64,000 nt of DNA from Phycisphaerales bacterium (lineage in GTDB: Bacteria > Planctomycetota > Phycisphaerae > Phycisphaerales > UBA1924), in assembly GCA_046350475.1 (NCBI GenBank), contig JAXMAJ010000001.1, positions 1,675,911 to 1,739,910 on the forward strand, read 5' to 3'. The notes beneath the pieces are model-generated. The model saw only the letters and a list, made by a program, of their open reading frames with translations, did not search any database and was not told the DNA's origin. Positions 31,256-40,951 of this stretch are shown here, one piece after another. The number at the start of each line of letters is the position of its first letter. The stretch's first letter is position 1. The position numbers and the translations under genes were made by a program.

Positions 31256-32716
31256 CTACAGGAACTGACGGAATGCGGTGCGGAGCCACGTCCGCCCGTT
31301 AGGAAACACTTTGCCACCTTGGTACACCACGGCCTCGGTGGTCCAGAGGGGCGGACCGCCCTTTGCAAGACTGTTCAGGTCCCGGGCTTCGAGCTCGAAT
31401 TCGTACTGTTCACTAAAGCCGGCACTGCTCCCGCTCCGCTCGCCGAACAGCGGTGCCATCCAATCTCCGTCGCCCGAGCTATTGCCGCTGAGCATGAAGC
31501 GACGCGATCGTCCGATCAAATTCTGCATGTATTCGACGGTGCGAATATCGGTCTGCTGATGGGCGATGCGAAGCTGCAAATTACCAAGCAGACTGTGGAC
31601 CTTGTTGTCTGAGTCTGGTCCAAACGCCTCCAGCATCGTCGAGATACTCTGGGTTGCATAGACCACGGCTGTCCGCGTGCTTCGCGTGATGCCCTGAAAC
31701 TGTTGATCGGCATCGACCCACAGAAGCTGCGCTTCGTCGGCCGCCATGAACGTCGGTCTCGGGTTTGCGGTGACATCGCGGCGAGCGTGCTCACGTTGCA
31801 GAACAAACTTCAGGATGACTTGGATGAGCTGTCCGACGAGCGCGTAGCGGAGTACGGGGAACGAGACAATCAAGATCGCGCCATCGTGCAGCATCGAGGC
31901 GGACACGTTGGAACTCGGGGCCGAGAGCATGTCACGGACCAGGCCGCGGCTCAGGAGATCCGTCGCCGAGGTGAGAGTCACCTGGACGCTGCTACGAGTC
32001 CTCGATGCCAGCGAGGGCCACTCGCGGGCGAAGTAGGTCACGGCGAGATTGAGATCCGCCCGCATGGATTCTGACTGCGGAGCTTTTTCCGCTGCCCGAA
32101 TACACTCACAGCAGAATGAGCGCTGCCAGACCTCGCTTTGCAGTTCGTCCAAGGATTGGGGCGCGGACACGATCAATTGATGAAGATCGGCCATCGTGAA
32201 CGTGCCCTTGGCCAGCACGAGCACCAGGATTGCGTTGCGAAGGAGCCGTGTGCTCTCCAACTTGAAGAACTGCTCACCGCCGCCCCCACGTTCCTTGGAG
32301 CGTTCCAGAAGTTCTACCACGGTCAGAATGAGCGACGCAAGGTTTTCGACGGTGCCCGCGCCTTCGGGACCGCGGCGCAGCTCTTCTGCGATAAAGCCGT
32401 ACCGAATGGTGTGCTCAGGTGAAAAGATGAGGAGATCATCAAGTCGTCCCGCTTGCTTTACGAGCTTGATGTACTGGAGTGTGTCCTCAGGTTTCACCGT
32501 GAAAAACACGCCGCCGAACCCGGCGCGGAGATAGCTGTCAAGGATGGTGGCAAAGGAGCCAGAACTCTTACCAGAACCGGTCGATCCGAGAATGCATGTT
32601 CCCTGACAAGCATCGCCAATGGTGAAGGGAGCGCCGGCGGTCCATTGGAGAAGCTCCGCACTGAGGTCCCAGCGTGAGGATTTCTTGACTCGTTTGCGTT
32701 TGAAAGGCCAATTCAT
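31256..32716 (-). CDS. Type IV coupling protein-like P-loop ATPase (VirD4/TraG/TraD type) without an N-terminal TM anchor
   Basis: Walker A ILGSTGSGKSSGS, Walker B FMAADEAQ, and a length and layout like the T4CP cytoplasmic domain. ATGA overlap with the upstream parB-like gene. No hydrophobic N-terminus. Confidence 0.65.
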   Translation of the reverse strand: MNWPFKRKRVKKSSRWDLSAELLQWTAGAPFTIGDACQGTCILGSTGSGKSSGSFATILDSYLRAGFGGVFFTVKPEDTLQYIKLVKQAGRLDDLLIFSPEHTIRYGFIAEELRRGPEGAGTVENLASLILTVVELLERSKERGGGGEQFFKLESTRLLRNAILVLVLAKGTFTMADLHQLIVSAPQSLDELQSEVWQRSFCCECIRAAEKAPQSESMRADLNLAVTYFAREWPSLASRTRSSVQVTLTSATDLLSRGLVRDMLSAPSSNVSASMLHDGAILIVSFPVLRYALVGQLIQVILKFVLQREHARRDVTANPRPTFMAADEAQLLWVDADQQFQGITRSTRTAVVYATQSISTMLEAFGPDSDNKVHSLLGNLQLRIAHQQTDIRTVEYMQNLIGRSRRFMLSGNSSGDGDWMAPLFGERSGSSAGFSEQYEFELEARDLNSLAKGGPPLWTTEAVVYQGGKVFPNGRTWLRTAFRQFL

Positions 32717-33534
32717 GGCTTGGCCCCTTTGGGCTCGCTCGCCTGGTCGCGTAAGGCCCGCACGAATGTCTCAAGCGTCAGGCCGTTGGACTTGGCCTTC
32801 CTTGCCCGAGCGAGGAGTTGCTCAGTCCACTCGATCATCGTGTCAAGCGAGAGGCCGGGTCCATCGAAGGTCAGGCTGCACTTCCCCAGTAGCGCGGTGC
32901 AGCGAGTTGATCCGGACGCGCGGCGTTCGTCCGAACGGCGCGTGGCCTTGAGCTTGCGTGCCAGCCCGTCTCGGGAGAGCTGCCCGTCGATCACCAGCAT
33001 GGCCAGACGCTTCTGTTCTGCGGGGTCTTCAATCCTGCTAAGCATGTACGCGGCGTCCGCCGAGATTGCGCCGACTGCGACGCGTTGCAGCAGGTCCGCC
33101 GGCAGCTTGAGAATCGAAATATGTCGGGTAACGGTCCCGGCTGACAGTCCGAGCATCTTGCCGGCCTGCTCGGCGGATAGCGAAGCGCTGGACATGAGCG
33201 AGCGGAGGCCGCCGGCTCGGTCCACGGGATTCAGGTCATTGCGCTGAATGTTGCAAACGAGTGCCCGAGTCAGAGCCTCGACTTCCGAAACGGTCCCGGA
33301 ATCCAGGAGAATGTCAATCTCCTTCTCTTCAAGCAACACGTGCGCACGAATGCGGCACTCGCCGTCGATGCACACGTACTCAGTGCCGACCTTGCGACAC
33401 AGCGGTGGAGTTTGCAGACCGATCGAACGGATGCTCTCGGCCATCGAGTGGATCGCCGCCTCCTTGAACTGGGTGCGTACTTGCGGTGGCAACTTGATGC
33501 TTGAGATCGGGACGCGTACTTTGATTGTGCTCAT
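32713..33534 (-). CDS. ParB/Spo0J family protein
   Basis: ParB N-terminal domain (IGLQTPPLCRKVGTEYVCIDGECRIRA) and HTH (LSAEQAGKMLGLSAGTVTRHISILKLP). Confidence 0.8.
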   Translation of the reverse strand: MSTIKVRVPISSIKLPPQVRTQFKEAAIHSMAESIRSIGLQTPPLCRKVGTEYVCIDGECRIRAHVLLEEKEIDILLDSGTVSEVEALTRALVCNIQRNDLNPVDRAGGLRSLMSSASLSAEQAGKMLGLSAGTVTRHISILKLPADLLQRVAVGAISADAAYMLSRIEDPAEQKRLAMLVIDGQLSRDGLARKLKATRRSDERRASGSTRCTALLGKCSLTFDGPGLSLDTMIEWTEQLLARARKAKSNGLTLETFVRALRDQASEPKGAKP

Positions 33535-33678
33535 CGAATGGCCTCCGTGACCGGCCCCGTGAGTCGCGTCGCGTGACCTTTACGCGATGCATTCACGAGC
33601 AGTTACGTAGAGGTGTACACGGCGATTCCGGGGGGAACGAACCGCGCATCGACTTGGCGCGGTTTTGCTGGTCGCAGT

Positions 33679-34071
33679 TCACCGTCCGGGCGAGGTGCGA
33701 TTCGATTGCTGGGCTTGAACGGCCGCCGCAGTCTCCAGATCGCGAGCCAGTTGACCCGTAGTGTGAATGCCGGCGGAGAGGCCGAACTTTTGGTATGTGC
33801 CGTCGAGGAGTGCAATGATTTCTGTGCGTGTGAAGTTGGCGTCTGGGTCAGGGTCGCCACGGGCGGCGGCGAACGCCTTTTCCGCGAGCAGTAGTTCGAG
33901 GCCGTGCGCTGCAAAGGCTTCGTTCGCGGCGAGGTGTCCAGGTTTCGTCGAACGAGAGTCCAGAAGCCCGGGCTCGTTGCGACGCACTGCGCCGAGCGTG
34001 ATCCTGTCGGTGGGAAAGGTCATCGTGGCCGGATCGAGCCGGGGCTTGGGCGCGGGAACAGAATCGGACAT
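33679..34071 (-). CDS. Hypothetical protein
   Basis: Co-oriented ORF in the relaxase operon. ATG 34071 was chosen. No family was recognised. Confidence 0.5.
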   Translation of the reverse strand: MSDSVPAPKPRLDPATMTFPTDRITLGAVRRNEPGLLDSRSTKPGHLAANEAFAAHGLELLLAEKAFAAARGDPDPDANFTRTEIIALLDGTYQKFGLSAGIHTTGQLARDLETAAAVQAQQSNRTSPGR

Positions 34072-34121
34072 GGGTACCTGCTGGCACCGTTGTGCCACGT
34101 CAGGCCCGCCAAGTCAATGGA

Positions 34122-35990
34122 TCAATGGTGCGCCCGGAAGTGGGCCTTGTGCTCAAGGTACATCTTGACCTCGTGAAGAAGCTTCAGCGCTTCGGGAGTC
34201 AACTGTCCCTTGCGGCCAGGAATCCGTGTGGTCGTGCGGAGCTTGAAGTCTGACTCAATGCTCGCTATGGCCTGACGGAGACTTGATGCGCTTGTCGAGC
34301 ACCCATGACTCAAGAACCCACGCACTTTGCGGTCTTGAAGAATGCTCTCCATTTCCTTGTAGGAAACCTGTCCTCGCTCAGAAAGAAGCTCGGCGGCGAG
34401 GGTAAACCGCTCCAGGGTGGCGTCGTCGTCGAACGCCAGAAACGGAGCGAAGCGTGGATCCTTGCTTTGCGAAGTCGCGTCGAGCAGGCGAAGGAGCCGA
34501 TCCCGGCTCTCGGGCGCGACCAAGCCCACCAGTTCTTCAATCACTGGCCTGATCTCCGGACCGACAGCGCGGAGCGCACGCTCCGCCCGATCCGCCAGCT
34601 CCGGTCCTCCCAGCAACAGGCACTTTAAGAGCCCAGGAATTGCATCTTTGGCCGGCACACCCGTGGAGTGAATGGCGGTGAGCAGCATGCCGGCGATTGC
34701 CTCGTCTTGCTCGACCTCAAGCATTTCTCCAAGGACGGGCACCATTGCCGCGGCGGCCGGCCCCATCTCACGAGCAACGCCGAAGACCAACGCGAGACCC
34801 CAGGTGTCGTTCTCTGCCTTGAACCTATTCAAAGCACGCAACGCGGCTCTTGGGCCGAGCTGCGTGAGAGCGATCCCGATCGCGGGCACGAGCGCGAAAT
34901 CCTGACGCCTGATGATCGGAATTAGCGGCTCAATGATGTCCTCCCCACACGCCGCCAACGCTTCACCGAGTGCGGGAATAGCGTCTTCGGAGTTCTCAGT
35001 TTCGATCAGTTTCACGAGCGACTCGGCGGCGGGCGAAGCCCCCGGTCCGATCGCTGCAAGTGACCGAAGCGCGGCAAGACGCACATCGGGACTGGGACTC
35101 TCAAGATGTCGAATGAGTGCGTCGGCCGCGCCGGCCGGGCATCGACCAGCGGCCTTGATACCCCTCGCGGCTCCCTCCATCACGAAGGGATCATCGCTGC
35201 GTAGGGCAGTTGCGATCAGTTGAACGATCCCAGTATCGGTCTTGGCGACCTCCCCAAGTTTCGAGGCAGCGAAGGATCGGATGATCCGATCGGTGGACTC
35301 ATCAGCAACCGCTCGGCTTAATGCGGCAACAACCTTGGCACGCGGTAACCTTGAGTTGGCCGCGGCCTTGATAGCGGATGACGCGATAGCCCGATCCGAC
35401 GATGCCAGAGCGCGAAAGTACGCCACACCCGCATCGGGGCGGTGCTCCACGAGCGCTGCGAGCGCCTCGCCCGCAGCGTCAGCGATGTCGAGCCGGCTGT
35501 TGGAAAGTCCCTGATCGAGGAGCCTTACGGCTTGAGCGCTCCGTGAGCCGATGCGGCTTAGCACCACGGCGGCTGCAATGGCGGCGTCGTCCGACCTCGT
35601 TCTCACCATGCGGCGAAGGGGCGAGAGCGCCTCCGGCGGCACCGTTCCATGCGCCAAGAGCCGGCACACAAAGAAGCGGGTGTCTGCATCGGCCGAGTCG
35701 ATGAACCGAACCACTTCAGGCACAGAAGCGACCACCCAATCCGACGCGCCGCGTATATAGGGACAGTTGGTCCCCAAGGTGTGCATTAGACACGCAGCAG
35801 CGACTCTGTCCGATTCACCTGCGCCCGATGTGAGGCAGGAAAGCAATGCCGGGGCGTATAGGTGTGGCTGGCAGCGGAACCTTGCCCAGGCGACGGCGAG
35901 CGGCTTGCGGACATCTCTGCTCCCCGGCAACTCACGCAGGAGTTCTCGGCAAATATCGGCGGCGTTGTGGGGCGGGTGTGTGTCGGGCAT
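34122..35990 (-). CDS. HEAT/ARM-repeat protein with a C-terminal LysR-like helix-turn-helix segment
   Basis: More than 500 aa of alanine-rich helical repeats (e.g. SPSPDVRLAALRSLAAIG). The last ~90 aa (LERFTLAAELLSERGQVSYKEMESIL...SSLRQAIASIESDFKLR...GRKGQLTPEALKLL) resemble the LysR N-terminal wHTH pattern. Confidence 0.7.
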   Translation of the reverse strand: MPDTHPPHNAADICRELLRELPGSRDVRKPLAVAWARFRCQPHLYAPALLSCLTSGAGESDRVAAACLMHTLGTNCPYIRGASDWVVASVPEVVRFIDSADADTRFFVCRLLAHGTVPPEALSPLRRMVRTRSDDAAIAAAVVLSRIGSRSAQAVRLLDQGLSNSRLDIADAAGEALAALVEHRPDAGVAYFRALASSDRAIASSAIKAAANSRLPRAKVVAALSRAVADESTDRIIRSFAASKLGEVAKTDTGIVQLIATALRSDDPFVMEGAARGIKAAGRCPAGAADALIRHLESPSPDVRLAALRSLAAIGPGASPAAESLVKLIETENSEDAIPALGEALAACGEDIIEPLIPIIRRQDFALVPAIGIALTQLGPRAALRALNRFKAENDTWGLALVFGVAREMGPAAAAMVPVLGEMLEVEQDEAIAGMLLTAIHSTGVPAKDAIPGLLKCLLLGGPELADRAERALRAVGPEIRPVIEELVGLVAPESRDRLLRLLDATSQSKDPRFAPFLAFDDDATLERFTLAAELLSERGQVSYKEMESILQDRKVRGFLSHGCSTSASSLRQAIASIESDFKLRTTTRIPGRKGQLTPEALKLLHEVKMYLEHKAHFRAHH

Positions 35991-36164
35991 GATGAAACCT
36001 TGGATCGGACCGCCTCGCCGAGGTGCCGAGCCGAGGAAGGCGTTGATTGTACATCAGTCTCCGGCCTACCTGTCGTTGCGCTATGGCGCAAAACTCCACA
36101 AGCGGGGAGACGAGCCCCCTCTCCCCGCTCGGGCTCACCCCTCTACCCCAACGAGCAGAAATGG

Positions 36165-36578
36165 CTACTCATCCCATTGGATGCTCTCAATGACGACCCC
36201 ATCGCCGGCCGCCTTCAATGACTCCGTTCTGTCCGCTTCGCGAATCCACGGCACGCGGTGACGAATGATGCCGTCGAAAAGACGGACTGAGCCACGGACC
36301 TCAGTGTTTAGCCCTGAGCCCTTGATGCGGACCTTACGACCCGGGAGGTGCAGCGTGATGCCCTCGTCCGGCTGGAACTCCACACGCTCAAGCCAGGAGT
36401 AGGCGATCGCCAGGACGTGCCCGTCCTTCTTACGAAGCTCCAGCATGACTGAGCGGTCACGCACGCCACGCATCCATCCGAAGCAGCCGAGGTTCTCGGC
36501 CTCCTCGCCGTCCGGGAGGTCGGCTGCGCTCTCCGTCCCTGATCGCTTTGTGAACCTGTCCAACAGATTATCGCTCAT
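36165..36578 (-). CDS. Hypothetical protein downstream of the relaxase
   Basis: ATG 36578 lies 6 nt after AAGGAGT and overlaps the relaxase stop by 11 nt. No family was recognised. Confidence 0.6.
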   Translation of the reverse strand: MSDNLLDRFTKRSGTESAADLPDGEEAENLGCFGWMRGVRDRSVMLELRKKDGHVLAIAYSWLERVEFQPDEGITLHLPGRKVRIKGSGLNTEVRGSVRLFDGIIRHRVPWIREADRTESLKAAGDGVVIESIQWDE

Positions 36579-39216
36579 AGCCATACTCCTTCCGCTCAAT
36601 GCCCCGCTCGACCACAATCGGTGTCGCTTCGCGTGCCGAGCGTTCTGCCTGCTCGCGGATGATTCGTTGTGTTGTCTCGTCCAGCCCGTTCACAAGCTCA
36701 CTCCCGGTCAGACGTTCATCGCTGCGCTCCACAGCGTGCAGGAGTTCGTCTTTGTCATCGGTGAACACCACCACCTGCTCGCGACCTCTTGAGGCGCTGA
36801 CATAGAACTGCTCTCGGGACGACGCCGCGAACGACTGAGACGACTGGCCAACAAACACACGGTCCACTGTCTTGCCTTGGCTGGCGTGACTGGTCACTAC
36901 CAACCCGTAGTCCAGGTGTCCGTAGTCACGGGAGACGGTCCAGCCGTTGTTGAGCACCAGGTCCCCTTCGGTCGTGAAATCCTTCACGGTGAACAGGTCG
37001 CCATTGTTAAGCGTGTGCTTGCCGTCCCGAGTCGAGCCGTTCTTTGTAATGCGGATGCGGTCACCAGCCGAGAGCTGGATCCGAGCCTGGTGGTAAACCG
37101 AAAACCTCGCAGCTTGGTCAAGCGGAAGCCGACCGTCGCCGACGAGGAGCCGCTGCCCCTTGCTGTAACCCTTGGCGTTCTGGTGGAACACGAGCACGTC
37201 GCCCTTCTGATAGCTGGTGGGATCGTGAAGCTGCCCGAGCGTCAGGTTCGAAGGCACAAGCTCCGCCACCTCGTGACCTTCGTGCCCTAGAAGGCCCCGA
37301 GCACGCAGCTGCGTGCGGATCTCTTGCGTGATCCGGTCGCCCTCCGCGTGCGTCGGCGAGACGACCAGGGCAGACTTGCCGGCTGCGATGGTGTCGATGT
37401 ACGACTCCGCCAGAGCCCGGTATCGGTCTGCTTCGTCCACTTCCCGAATCCACCCGAGACGATCGAGACGATCGAAACCCGCTTCGATCCGCCCATCGCT
37501 CAGGTCCTTGACCGCGAGCTTGTACTGGTCCTTCTGGCGCTGAATCTCTTTGACTTCCGCAGGTTTGATGCCGGCCTCTTCCTCCAGCAGCCTCAGAGCG
37601 GCCCCTCTTTCGACTGAGCCGTGCTGCCGGCGGTCTCCAGACAGCACCACGCGCGCATGCGCGCGTTCGGCACACTCAAACACCTGACGCATTGTGCGGG
37701 TTCCGAGCAGGCCTGCCTCGTCAATCCAGATGACGCCGTCGGCGACCTCCGCCTGGACTTTGGGGTCGGCGAGAAGACGAGCCACCGTGTCCGCAGATTC
37801 AAAGCCTTCGCTACGGAGCACGCCGCGGCTGGCGCTCGCGGACGGTGCAAAGGCGTGAACGTGCATGCCCGCCGCTTCGATCGCTTCGCGTGCCTCCTGC
37901 ATCATTGTTGTTTTGCCCGTGCCGGCGGCGCCGCGGATGAGAATCACGCGGTCGCGTGATTCGAGCACATGACGCACCGCGGCCTGCTGTTGGGGATTGA
38001 GCCATTCCCGGTTGAACCGGGTACGACCCGGATTGATCGGCCGGCAAGCGCCGCGGCCATCCCGTGCATACGCCAGAAGCCGCTGCTCTTCATCGAGCAC
38101 CTCACGAGTTGTCACCAGCCGGCGTCCCTTGCGCTCGCCGCGTATCAGGGGCTGCTGTGAGACCAACCGCTCGATGGTTTGCCGAGAGCCTTTTCCAACG
38201 CCTTGCTTGAGCGCCTCTGCCAGGAGGGTGCGTTCCGGAACGACCGAGGCCCGTTCAAAGCAGTGCTCCATCGCTCGCTCCACGGCGTCACGTGCAGTGT
38301 GTCCGTCCTCTGGAAGCTGCTCGCGTCCAATCCGGTGTGACAGCGAGTCAATCACCGCCTGCTCTTGCGGACTCAGACGATCAACCCAGAGCTCCCGGAG
38401 TTGCCGCATGGACAGGTCTTTGGCTTTCTTCTCGCGAGTCTGGGCCCCGAGTTCCGCCTTAGCGTCCACATCCGTGATGCCCTTCTCCCGAGCAATCGCT
38501 TCGATTTGAGCAGTACGCCGTGAGAACTTGTCGAGCGTCTCTTCCTTGAACCCCTTGAGTTCCCAGCCCTTTGCCGTGCGTTCCGTCTGGAGCCCGTGCT
38601 CTTCGAGCCGGCGAGCGAGCACGGAGTGGAAGACCGCTTCGAAATATGGAGCATCCCGCTTGATGTCGCCAAGCTGGGCTGCTTTCCATCGGCTCTCTTC
38701 AGGATCGAACGTCGCATTGAAGACGAAGCAGTGGGCATGCAGGTGCGGATCGGGGACGCCGTCCACCGGCCGACCTGTGAAGTGGATGTATTCGCCCCAA
38801 GCTAGGTTGCCCGTAGTGCGATCCTCGTTCTTGCCGTCCTGTCGCACGCGCGACTTGGCCTCTACTTCGATGTCGGCCATCGTGTCGCGAACAGCCTCGC
38901 GGAATGCACGAACGATGCGGCCGTCTTGTGTGGCCCCGTACAGCAGCGAGACGCTCTTGGGGCAGTGGAAGTTGAAGTCATACCCAACCCGCCGTTCGGC
39001 CTTGCGGCGCACGGTGAGAGGCTCTCCGTCTTCGGGCCGTGCGTTGTCGCACATCCGATCCCAGTCTTCGCGGTCGATCGAGCCGGACAGGCCGAGCCGC
39101 TCTGCGCCCTTGCCACGCCACTGGCCGACGAGTTCTTGCCCTTCTGTGTAGTAATCGGCCGTGCTGTAATAGCTCTTGGCCCGCGATGAACTGTTGCTCT
39201 GGATAATCCTCAGCAT
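36568..39216 (-). CDS. MobF-family conjugative relaxase-helicase (TrwC/TraI type)
   Basis: N-terminal relaxase with paired Tyr motifs (AKSYYSTADYYTEG) and a His triad (DPHLHAHCFVFN). C-terminal RecD-like helicase Walker A (IRGAAGTGKTT). Confidence 0.9.
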   Translation of the reverse strand: MLRIIQSNSSSRAKSYYSTADYYTEGQELVGQWRGKGAERLGLSGSIDREDWDRMCDNARPEDGEPLTVRRKAERRVGYDFNFHCPKSVSLLYGATQDGRIVRAFREAVRDTMADIEVEAKSRVRQDGKNEDRTTGNLAWGEYIHFTGRPVDGVPDPHLHAHCFVFNATFDPEESRWKAAQLGDIKRDAPYFEAVFHSVLARRLEEHGLQTERTAKGWELKGFKEETLDKFSRRTAQIEAIAREKGITDVDAKAELGAQTREKKAKDLSMRQLRELWVDRLSPQEQAVIDSLSHRIGREQLPEDGHTARDAVERAMEHCFERASVVPERTLLAEALKQGVGKGSRQTIERLVSQQPLIRGERKGRRLVTTREVLDEEQRLLAYARDGRGACRPINPGRTRFNREWLNPQQQAAVRHVLESRDRVILIRGAAGTGKTTMMQEAREAIEAAGMHVHAFAPSASASRGVLRSEGFESADTVARLLADPKVQAEVADGVIWIDEAGLLGTRTMRQVFECAERAHARVVLSGDRRQHGSVERGAALRLLEEEAGIKPAEVKEIQRQKDQYKLAVKDLSDGRIEAGFDRLDRLGWIREVDEADRYRALAESYIDTIAAGKSALVVSPTHAEGDRITQEIRTQLRARGLLGHEGHEVAELVPSNLTLGQLHDPTSYQKGDVLVFHQNAKGYSKGQRLLVGDGRLPLDQAARFSVYHQARIQLSAGDRIRITKNGSTRDGKHTLNNGDLFTVKDFTTEGDLVLNNGWTVSRDYGHLDYGLVVTSHASQGKTVDRVFVGQSSQSFAASSREQFYVSASRGREQVVVFTDDKDELLHAVERSDERLTGSELVNGLDETTQRIIREQAERSAREATPIVVERGIERKEYGYER

Positions 39217-39442
39217 GGTTTCATCCTGACACGCAATCCCTGCGATTCCGTTAACGCGACGACGCTCAGCCGAGAATCGGTCTGATGCTCGCTCGTCTAC
39301 GTCCGCGGGTTCTCCGAGGTTGCGGTGTGTTTGTCAGTAGTTGTGGTGCGGTGTATTCGTCCCCTCGTCTCCACCTGAGAGCGACACTGCCCGCGTCCCA
39401 TTCATGGCACTGTGAAGCCGCAGCCGGTCCCGTCAAGCTTGC

Positions 39443-39477
39443 AAGGCCGCTTTCCGCACGCGGAAGCCTTCGGCCTT
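39443..39477. promoter_or_regulatory. Bulged hairpin in the divergent relaxase intergenic region (oriT or operator candidate)
   Basis: AAGGCCG...TTCCGC-A-GCGGAA...CGGCCTT, with 7-bp outer and 6-bp inner arms. It is flanked by the CAAGCTTG palindrome and a TTGACA hexamer. Confidence 0.3.
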
Positions 39478-39573
39478 TCGCTTGACAGGTGCGCTACGCC
39501 CCGTCTCTCGCGGCTTCATTCATCGTGCCATCGGGACGCGATAGGCGTGTCCCACAAACGAAGGAGACTCAAC

Positions 39574-39786
39574 ATGAACGACACCACCACACCAACCAAT
39601 ACGAGCACTCGCACACCGAGCCACGTCGCATACCAGGTTCGCGACCGCGAAGGCAAGAAAGGCATCTGGACCCGAATCGGTTCGGCTTGGCCCCATGCCG
39701 ACGGCAACGGCTTCAACATCCAGATCGAAGCCGTGCCACTGGATGGACGCATCAGCCTTCGCGTTCTCACAGACATCAAGGAATAG
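39574..39786 (+). CDS. Hypothetical 70-aa protein
   Basis: ATG 7 nt after AAGGAG. First gene of the plus-strand operon divergent from the relaxase. Confidence 0.6.
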   Translation: MNDTTTPTNTSTRTPSHVAYQVRDREGKKGIWTRIGSAWPHADGNGFNIQIEAVPLDGRISLRVLTDIKE

Positions 39787-39841
39787 CCATCAACTCGGGC
39801 GGGCCTTCGAGTCCGCCCCCTCCCACAGAAAGGACTACACC

Positions 39842-40168
39842 ATGACCAGTACATTCATCGAACTCTCGGAAGACACCTTCGACGCGCTATTTCCGCTTGT
39901 CCGCAACCACCTAAACCCAAATGCCAGCTGGAGCCTGGGAGAAGGCGGCGGGTGTCTGTTTGAAACCTACGGCGAAGAGCTCGCGTTTGTCCGAGACCAA
40001 GACTCCCGAAAGGTCTGGACGTTCATCGATGGCGACGACGGCGGCCTGTTCGTCGTCAGCGGCTTCCACTTTGTGAATCGCATCGGGTACCTCATAAGCA
40101 CGGTGATGCTTCCAGAGGGCGTTGACGTGCAAGTGACTCTGGAGTCAAACTCCAGTGACGCGGAATAG
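39842..40168 (+). CDS. Hypothetical 108-aa acidic protein
   Basis: ATG 39842 was chosen inside track ORF 39695..40168. No family was recognised. Confidence 0.6.
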   Translation: MTSTFIELSEDTFDALFPLVRNHLNPNASWSLGEGGGCLFETYGEELAFVRDQDSRKVWTFIDGDDGGLFVVSGFHFVNRIGYLISTVMLPEGVDVQVTLESNSSDAE

Positions 40169-40177
40169 GGGGCGGCC

Positions 40178-40942
40178 ATGACAAATACCAACGCCATTAA
40201 TCCGTTCTTCGCTAGCAGAGTGGCGACGCTCCGACCAGCCGCGACACGGGTCGCCAGGCCTGCAATCTTTGCTCGCCTCCCCCGGGCTCCGATCAATGGG
40301 AGCCCTGTTCCGCACCTCACCAGCCTGTACCACAACTCCGACGCCGGCGAATACGGCCGTCGGAGCTACCCCGGCAACTGCGGCGGAAACCTCATCAAGG
40401 ACCTGTTGATGTACTTCCGGCCCCGCCTCGTCCTGGATCCCATGACCGGGAGCGGGACGTGCCAGGACGTGTGCCGCGAACTCGGTGTCCCGTGCCGAGC
40501 CGGCGACATACACGAGGGCTTTGATGCGACGAGCATCGAGGCCATGAAGGCGCTGGCTGGGCAGGACTCGGTGGACTTTGTCTGGGCTCATCCTCCCTAC
40601 TGGAGGCAGAAGCTCTACGCCACCGATGAACGCGATCTCTCGCGGACAGCAACGCTGGGGGCATTCCTCTCTCGATATGAGGCGTTCATCCGGGCGGCTG
40701 CCGGTGTACTCGCTCCGGGGGGCCGGCTTGCCATCCTTATGGGCGACTACAGCGACCGCGAGGCTGGCTTCGTTCCCTTGGTCTATCACACGAAACGACT
40801 TGCCTTCGAGGCCGGCTTGCGGCAGTGTTGCACAGACATCATCCGCTTCAGTCACGGGGCGTCGAGCGGTCGGAAGGTCTACCGCTCAGCGTTTATCCCC
40901 GGCCTGCACGACGTGTGCACCGTGTTCGAGAAGCAGAGATAG
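40178..40942 (+). CDS. Orphan DNA (N6-adenine/N4-cytosine type) methyltransferase
   Basis: SAM motif I VLDPMTGSGT is followed by catalytic-type motif IV HPPY (WAHPPYW). No adjacent endonuclease. Confidence 0.7.
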   Translation: MTNTNAINPFFASRVATLRPAATRVARPAIFARLPRAPINGSPVPHLTSLYHNSDAGEYGRRSYPGNCGGNLIKDLLMYFRPRLVLDPMTGSGTCQDVCRELGVPCRAGDIHEGFDATSIEAMKALAGQDSVDFVWAHPPYWRQKLYATDERDLSRTATLGAFLSRYEAFIRAAAGVLAPGGRLAILMGDYSDREAGFVPLVYHTKRLAFEAGLRQCCTDIIRFSHGASSGRKVYRSAFIPGLHDVCTVFEKQR

Positions 40943-40951
40943 GAGGTGACC

